From contig NZ_JAVBNS010000261.1 of assembly GCF_031551385.1 (NCBI RefSeq), forward strand, positions 1 to 28,973: a stretch of DNA of 28,973 nt. Direction: 5' to 3'. Position 1 is the first letter of the stretch; every line of letters starts with the position of its first letter. Position numbers and translations under genes: made by a program. This DNA comes from Anaerosporobacter sp. Lineage in GTDB: Bacteria > Bacillota > Clostridia > Lachnospirales > Lachnospiraceae. The notes under the pieces are model-generated. The model had not been told where the DNA came from. It did no database searches and worked only from the letters and a program-made list of their open reading frames with translations. Shown piece after piece: positions 25,420-28,973 of this stretch.

Positions 25420-26958
25420 TTATTGATTAAGCAACTCTGCTAAACATTCTACCATACTATCAATCGTAGCTTTCTTTGAAATATAAACCTGCATTCCATA
25501 TTCATTTGCCACTTTTGCTGTTTGTTCCCCGATACAGATTGCCTTAATCTTTGTATAGTTCATATCACTAAGACATGATACGGTTGCTTTAACGCAAGAA
25601 GCACTTGTGAACATCATATAGTCTATCGTCTCATTTTCTACACCTGTTACAATTCGTGTTGCCAAGTCCTCATTCACGCAATACTCTGTATGATACACCG
25701 CAACATCTTCATACTTCATTTTATTCTCTTCTAAAACTTCAACCAACTCTTCTGTCGCACTATAGGCTCTATATAATGTTATATCTATATCTTTACCGTA
25801 TGTAGTAATCAAACCTTTTGCTAAATCTCTACCACAATATGTATCTGGCATATAATCCGCTTCTATACCATGAAGTCGCAATTCTTTTCTCGTTGCATTA
25901 CCAACTACTCCGAATCTAATATTTGCTGTATATAACTGGCGAATATCCTTCTTTGCTACTGCTAATAAAGAAAAGAAACTCTCTACACCCTTTGGACTGG
26001 TAAATAAAATCCATTGTTCTGTGTTTCGATCTGTAATTTTATCAAGACTTCTTGTAAAGCAATCTATGTCATTTTCACCATCTAATGTTACTGTTCTAAT
26101 CGCCGGCATCTCAATAACATGAGCACCTTGTGAGCGTAATTTCTCTGTAAGACAAGAGCTCTTTTCTTTCGGTCTTGTCACTACAACTTGAAGCCCTGCA
26201 AGTGGTTGTTTTTCAACCCACGCAAATGAGTTTGACAAACTACACACTTGCCCTACTACAATAATTGCAGGTGTTTGAATATTTGCTTCGTCTGCCTCTT
26301 TCTTTAATGTCGCTACTGTAGCAACAACTCTTCTTTGCTTCGCACTTGTTCCTCTTTCAAGTACAGCCGCTGGCATATTTTCGTCCATACCGGCTTCCAT
26401 TAATGAATTACATATCTCTTCAAGTGCTCCAATTCCCATAAGAAATACAAGTGTTGCATTCATTTTAACCAATGCATCATATTGGATTCTTGATACCCCG
26501 CCTTTTCTTGCATGCCCTGTGATAATGTGAACAGAAGATGTGAAATCTCTATGGGTAACTGGTATTCCTGCATATGCCGCAACAGAAACAGCCGATGTAA
26601 TCCCAGGTACAACTTCATATGCGATGTTATGCTGGACTAACAATTCTAACTCTTCTCCACCTCTTCCGAATACAAAAGGGTCTCCTCCCTTTAAACGCAC
26701 AACACGTTTTCCATCTAACGCTTCCTCTAGCAGAATCTTATTGATCTCCTCTTGTGGTACTAAATGATTATTTGCACGTTTTCCTACATTAATCTTCTTC
26801 GCCGAAGACGGAATTATTGCTGCGATTTCATCACTTACAAGTGCATCATAAACAACAACTTCTGCACGCTCAAGTATTTCTTTTCCCTTTATCGTTAGTA
26901 AACCTATATCACCAGGCCCAGCTCCAACAAGCCAAACTTTTCCTGCTTTATCTTCCAT
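25420..26958 (-). CDS. cobA/hemD: Bifunctional uroporphyrinogen-III C-methyltransferase / uroporphyrinogen-III synthase fusion
   Basis: The N-terminal half (VWLVGAGPGDIGLLTIKG...LKGGDPFVFGRGGEE) is SUMT. The C-terminal part of about 250 aa (VVVTRP...ILFTSPKGV...MMFTSAS) is HemD-like. Confidence 0.9.
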   Translation of the reverse strand: MEDKAGKVWLVGAGPGDIGLLTIKGKEILERAEVVVYDALVSDEIAAIIPSSAKKINVGKRANNHLVPQEEINKILLEEALDGKRVVRLKGGDPFVFGRGGEELELLVQHNIAYEVVPGITSAVSVAAYAGIPVTHRDFTSSVHIITGHARKGGVSRIQYDALVKMNATLVFLMGIGALEEICNSLMEAGMDENMPAAVLERGTSAKQRRVVATVATLKKEADEANIQTPAIIVVGQVCSLSNSFAWVEKQPLAGLQVVVTRPKEKSSCLTEKLRSQGAHVIEMPAIRTVTLDGENDIDCFTRSLDKITDRNTEQWILFTSPKGVESFFSLLAVAKKDIRQLYTANIRFGVVGNATRKELRLHGIEADYMPDTYCGRDLAKGLITTYGKDIDITLYRAYSATEELVEVLEENKMKYEDVAVYHTEYCVNEDLATRIVTGVENETIDYMMFTSASCVKATVSCLSDMNYTKIKAICIGEQTAKVANEYGMQVYISKKATIDSMVECLAELLNQ

Positions 26959-27051
26959 ATTGGTAAATCAGCCCCTTTCATAATACTTATTTTCTTAGCC
27001 AATTGTGAAACTCTAAATATGCTTGACTGCTTCTTGATTAACATACATTAA

Positions 27052-27942
27052 CTAATCTTTCTTTAACTGCTTCGCTAATGTCTCACCTAGTTTACCTGCA
27101 TTCTCTATCTCACCATGAATACTTCCAATGCAAATATCTTCGCTATCCTCTTCACAATATAATCCCTGTAACATAATTTCATTGCCTTGTATCTGTGCAT
27201 ATGCCGCAATAGGGGAAGAACACCCTCCATTCAATGCCGTCACAAATGCTCGCTCACACGTTGAGATAATTTCCGATTCCCTATCTAAAAATGTATCCAA
27301 AAACGAATAATCAAAATCTCTTCTCCCTTGAATCGCCAAGATTCCCTGACCTGCTGCTGGAATCATCTCATCCGTCGATAACACTCTTGTAACGATATGT
27401 TCTAATCCAAGTCTTTTAATTCCTGCCAACGCAAGAATAATTCCATTATAATTTTGCTCTTCCATCTTTTTAAGTCTAGTCTGAACATTTCCACGAATCG
27501 TTTCAAATTGTAGATTCGGATATAACTTCTTTAACTGAAGTACTCTTCGTTTACTAGAAGAGCCAATAATCCCGTTTTCAATTTCTATGTCAAAACCGTC
27601 TTTAAGTATCAATGCATCTCTAGGGTCTTCACGTTTTGAAAAACCAATCAAAGGCAAATCTTCTGGCACTTCCATTGGCATATCCTTTAAACTATGTACA
27701 GATAAATCAATTCTGCCTTCTCTAAGGGCAATATCTAATTCCTTAACAAACAGACCTTTTCCACCAACCTTATCAAGACTCCTATCTAATATTCTATCGC
27801 CTGTCGTTTTCATTGTAACTAATTCTAACTCAATCTCTGGATGCGCTTTCTTGATAGCCGCCATAACAATCTCTGACTGCGTAACTGCAAGTTTACTTTC
27901 CCTACTACCAATTCTAATTTTCTTACCAATCATACTTTTCAT
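27052..27942 (-). CDS. hemC: Hydroxymethylbilane synthase (porphobilinogen deaminase)
   Basis: The blocks RIGSRESKLAVTQS, TTGDRILD, GGKGLFVKELD, RGNVQTRL and the cofactor Cys region GGCSSPIA identify it. GAGAGGA lies upstream of the ATG. Confidence 0.95.
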   Translation of the reverse strand: MKSMIGKKIRIGSRESKLAVTQSEIVMAAIKKAHPEIELELVTMKTTGDRILDRSLDKVGGKGLFVKELDIALREGRIDLSVHSLKDMPMEVPEDLPLIGFSKREDPRDALILKDGFDIEIENGIIGSSSKRRVLQLKKLYPNLQFETIRGNVQTRLKKMEEQNYNGIILALAGIKRLGLEHIVTRVLSTDEMIPAAGQGILAIQGRRDFDYSFLDTFLDRESEIISTCERAFVTALNGGCSSPIAAYAQIQGNEIMLQGLYCEEDSEDICIGSIHGEIENAGKLGETLAKQLKKD

Positions 27943-28095
27943 ATCTGTCCTCTCTGCATTATGTATAAAAAAATTAACTTATCCTATAATTTAAGCATTT
28001 ATTTCTCTTATTATTCTACATCCAATCTATATTGTGCATCACTAAAGTAAAATTATTCCACATGCAACCTCTACCTATGTATCAGCAACGTATAT

Positions 28096-28207
28096 AGGCA
28101 AAACTTCAACACCTATCCCTACACACTTAGAAGTCCTTAGGTGTGTAGCGTGTTTCGTGCTATCGTACAGCAACGAAGAAGTTTCGAAAGCCTACAAAGT
28201 TTTGCCT
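28096..28207. repeat. Structured intergenic repeat element, truncated or degenerate copy of the 4989-5181 element
   Basis: The outer stem is 28096-28106/28197-28207 (AGGCAAAACTT/AAGTTTTGCCT, 11 bp). An inner hairpin is at 28119-28126/28141-28148. Region 28129-28209 aligns to 5077-5157 (63/81 by hand). The left partner of the 19-bp arm seen in copy A is missing. Confidence 0.65.
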
Positions 28208-28231
28208 CTAATGTTTTGCCTCTCAAACTAC

Positions 28232-28696
28232 CTACACCATAGATTTTAACACACTTTTTATCTTATCGGTAACTTTCTTGGCAAGATGATGATTTGTTCC
28301 ACTCGCCGTTACGCCAACAACAACTGAATCCACTTTCGCAATACCAGGAAAATAAAATGTGGATTCCTCTTTACTATCTGCCACGCTAACAGGGATTGCT
28401 AACTTTGCACACTCTAATCCTACTTGATGATTTATCATTCTTTGATTTGTAGCCGTTACCACAATTGTTGCTCCTACAACATCATTTTCTTGGTAGGCAC
28501 GAGCATACCAAACTATTTTTTTCTCTTCTGCTAATTTCTTAATTTCATCTGAAACTTCTGGTGCAATTACTTCTATATTACAACCAAATGAACACAATGT
28601 CTGTACCCTTCTAGTCGCAATTACTCCGCCACCTATTACAACTACACGCTTATCCGTTAAATCAATAAATATAGGAAAATATGCTTGTTCCATCAT
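28232..28696 (-). CDS. sirC: Precorrin-2 dehydrogenase / sirohydrochlorin ferrochelatase (siroheme synthase N-terminal-type, SirC/CysG-N-like)
   Basis: 154 aa. FPIFIDLTDKRVVVIGGGVIATRRV is the Rossmann-type NAD motif typical of this family. It sits between hemA and hemC, as in many Firmicutes. Confidence 0.8.
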   Translation of the reverse strand: MMEQAYFPIFIDLTDKRVVVIGGGVIATRRVQTLCSFGCNIEVIAPEVSDEIKKLAEEKKIVWYARAYQENDVVGATIVVTATNQRMINHQVGLECAKLAIPVSVADSKEESTFYFPGIAKVDSVVVGVTASGTNHHLAKKVTDKIKSVLKSMV

Positions 28697-28709
28697 TACA
28701 CGTCCTTAT

Positions 28710-28973
28710 TTACATTTTCTTAGATGCCTCTTCAATTGCCTCAAGACATGCATTCCACTGTCTTTTATCAAGGTTATCCTTCAAACCATACAAAAGATTC
28801 GTCACAACTTTATTCGATGCCGCCTTCACAAGCTTCTTAATCTCCTCTGTCGATTCCGAATCATTAATAATCTTCTTCATCTGCTTATCAATTCGATTTA
28901 CTACACTTACAGAAGATGTTCTCCCAACACTTTGGATTAACGGTATGTATTCCCTAAACAGATACCATGAACT
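28710..28973 (-). CDS. hemA: Glutamyl-tRNA reductase, C-terminal end only (the rest lies outside the window)
   Basis: The minus-strand frame is open from the window edge to the TAA at 28710-28712. It translates as ...VVNRIDKQMKKIINDSESTEEIKKLVKAASNKVVTNLLYGLKDNLDKRQWNACLEAIEEASKKM. This helical tail resembles the HemA dimerisation domain. Its position at the head of the hem cluster supports the call. It is not in the ORF track because there is no long Met-initiated segment. Confidence 0.6.
   Translation of the reverse strand, partial: SSWYLFREYIPLIQSVGRTSSVSVVNRIDKQMKKIINDSESTEEIKKLVKAASNKVVTNLLYGLKDNLDKRQWNACLEAIEEASKKM

Noticed and set aside
27587-27994. 135-aa + strand ORF overlapping hemC and its upstream region (also 27128..27310, 26540..26767, 24329..24731, 24838..25215, 23658..23885)
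   Set aside because: All are antisense or out-of-frame ORFs within confidently assigned hem genes. Their Ser/Ile/Leu-rich translations are typical of shadow frames.
27943-28231. Possible cobalamin or other riboswitch in the long sirC-hemC spacer
   Set aside because: I could not find a B12-box-like consensus or other riboswitch core that I recognise. The structure present is explained by the repeat element shared with the metG 3' region.

Overview
Chromosomal segment from a low-GC Firmicute, probably Clostridia or Lachnospiraceae-like. That placement is inferred from GGAGG-type ribosome-binding sites, a T-box leader, metS-yabD-ksgA gene order and a cobA/hemD fusion. Most of the window is housekeeping. 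It holds the 3' part of nrdG, a GNAT acetyltransferase, rsmA(ksgA)-tatD-metG with a Met T-box leader, a DUF885 lipoprotein and a MATE exporter. It also holds a GH51 arabinofuranosidase with a divergent AraC regulator, a secreted transglutaminase-like protein, a VOC-MarR-DtxR-like operon and an MFS transporter. A tetrapyrrole operon runs hemA(3' end)-sirC-hemC-cobA/hemD-hemB-hemL on the minus strand. I saw no rRNA, tRNA, CRISPR array, transposase or integrase. Four things are not explained by ordinary annotation. (1) A promoter-to-terminator noncoding unit at about 19143-19540 carries 11 copies of a (T)ACNAAAGA motif upstream of the MFS gene. (2) A structured intergenic repeat family has a complete nested-hairpin copy in the metG 3' region (4989-5181) and a truncated copy splitting the hem operon (28096-28207). 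(3) A solitary AAA-ATPase/PD-(D/E)XK fusion gene sits at the tail of the hem operon. (4) A tandem pair of diverged zinc-ribbon membrane proteins lies at 7795-10316. A large orphan protein with a long acidic linker and a Cys-rich mini-protein coupled to the GH51 gene are also worth a look. All calls come from reading the sequence and ORF translations by eye; no database search was run.
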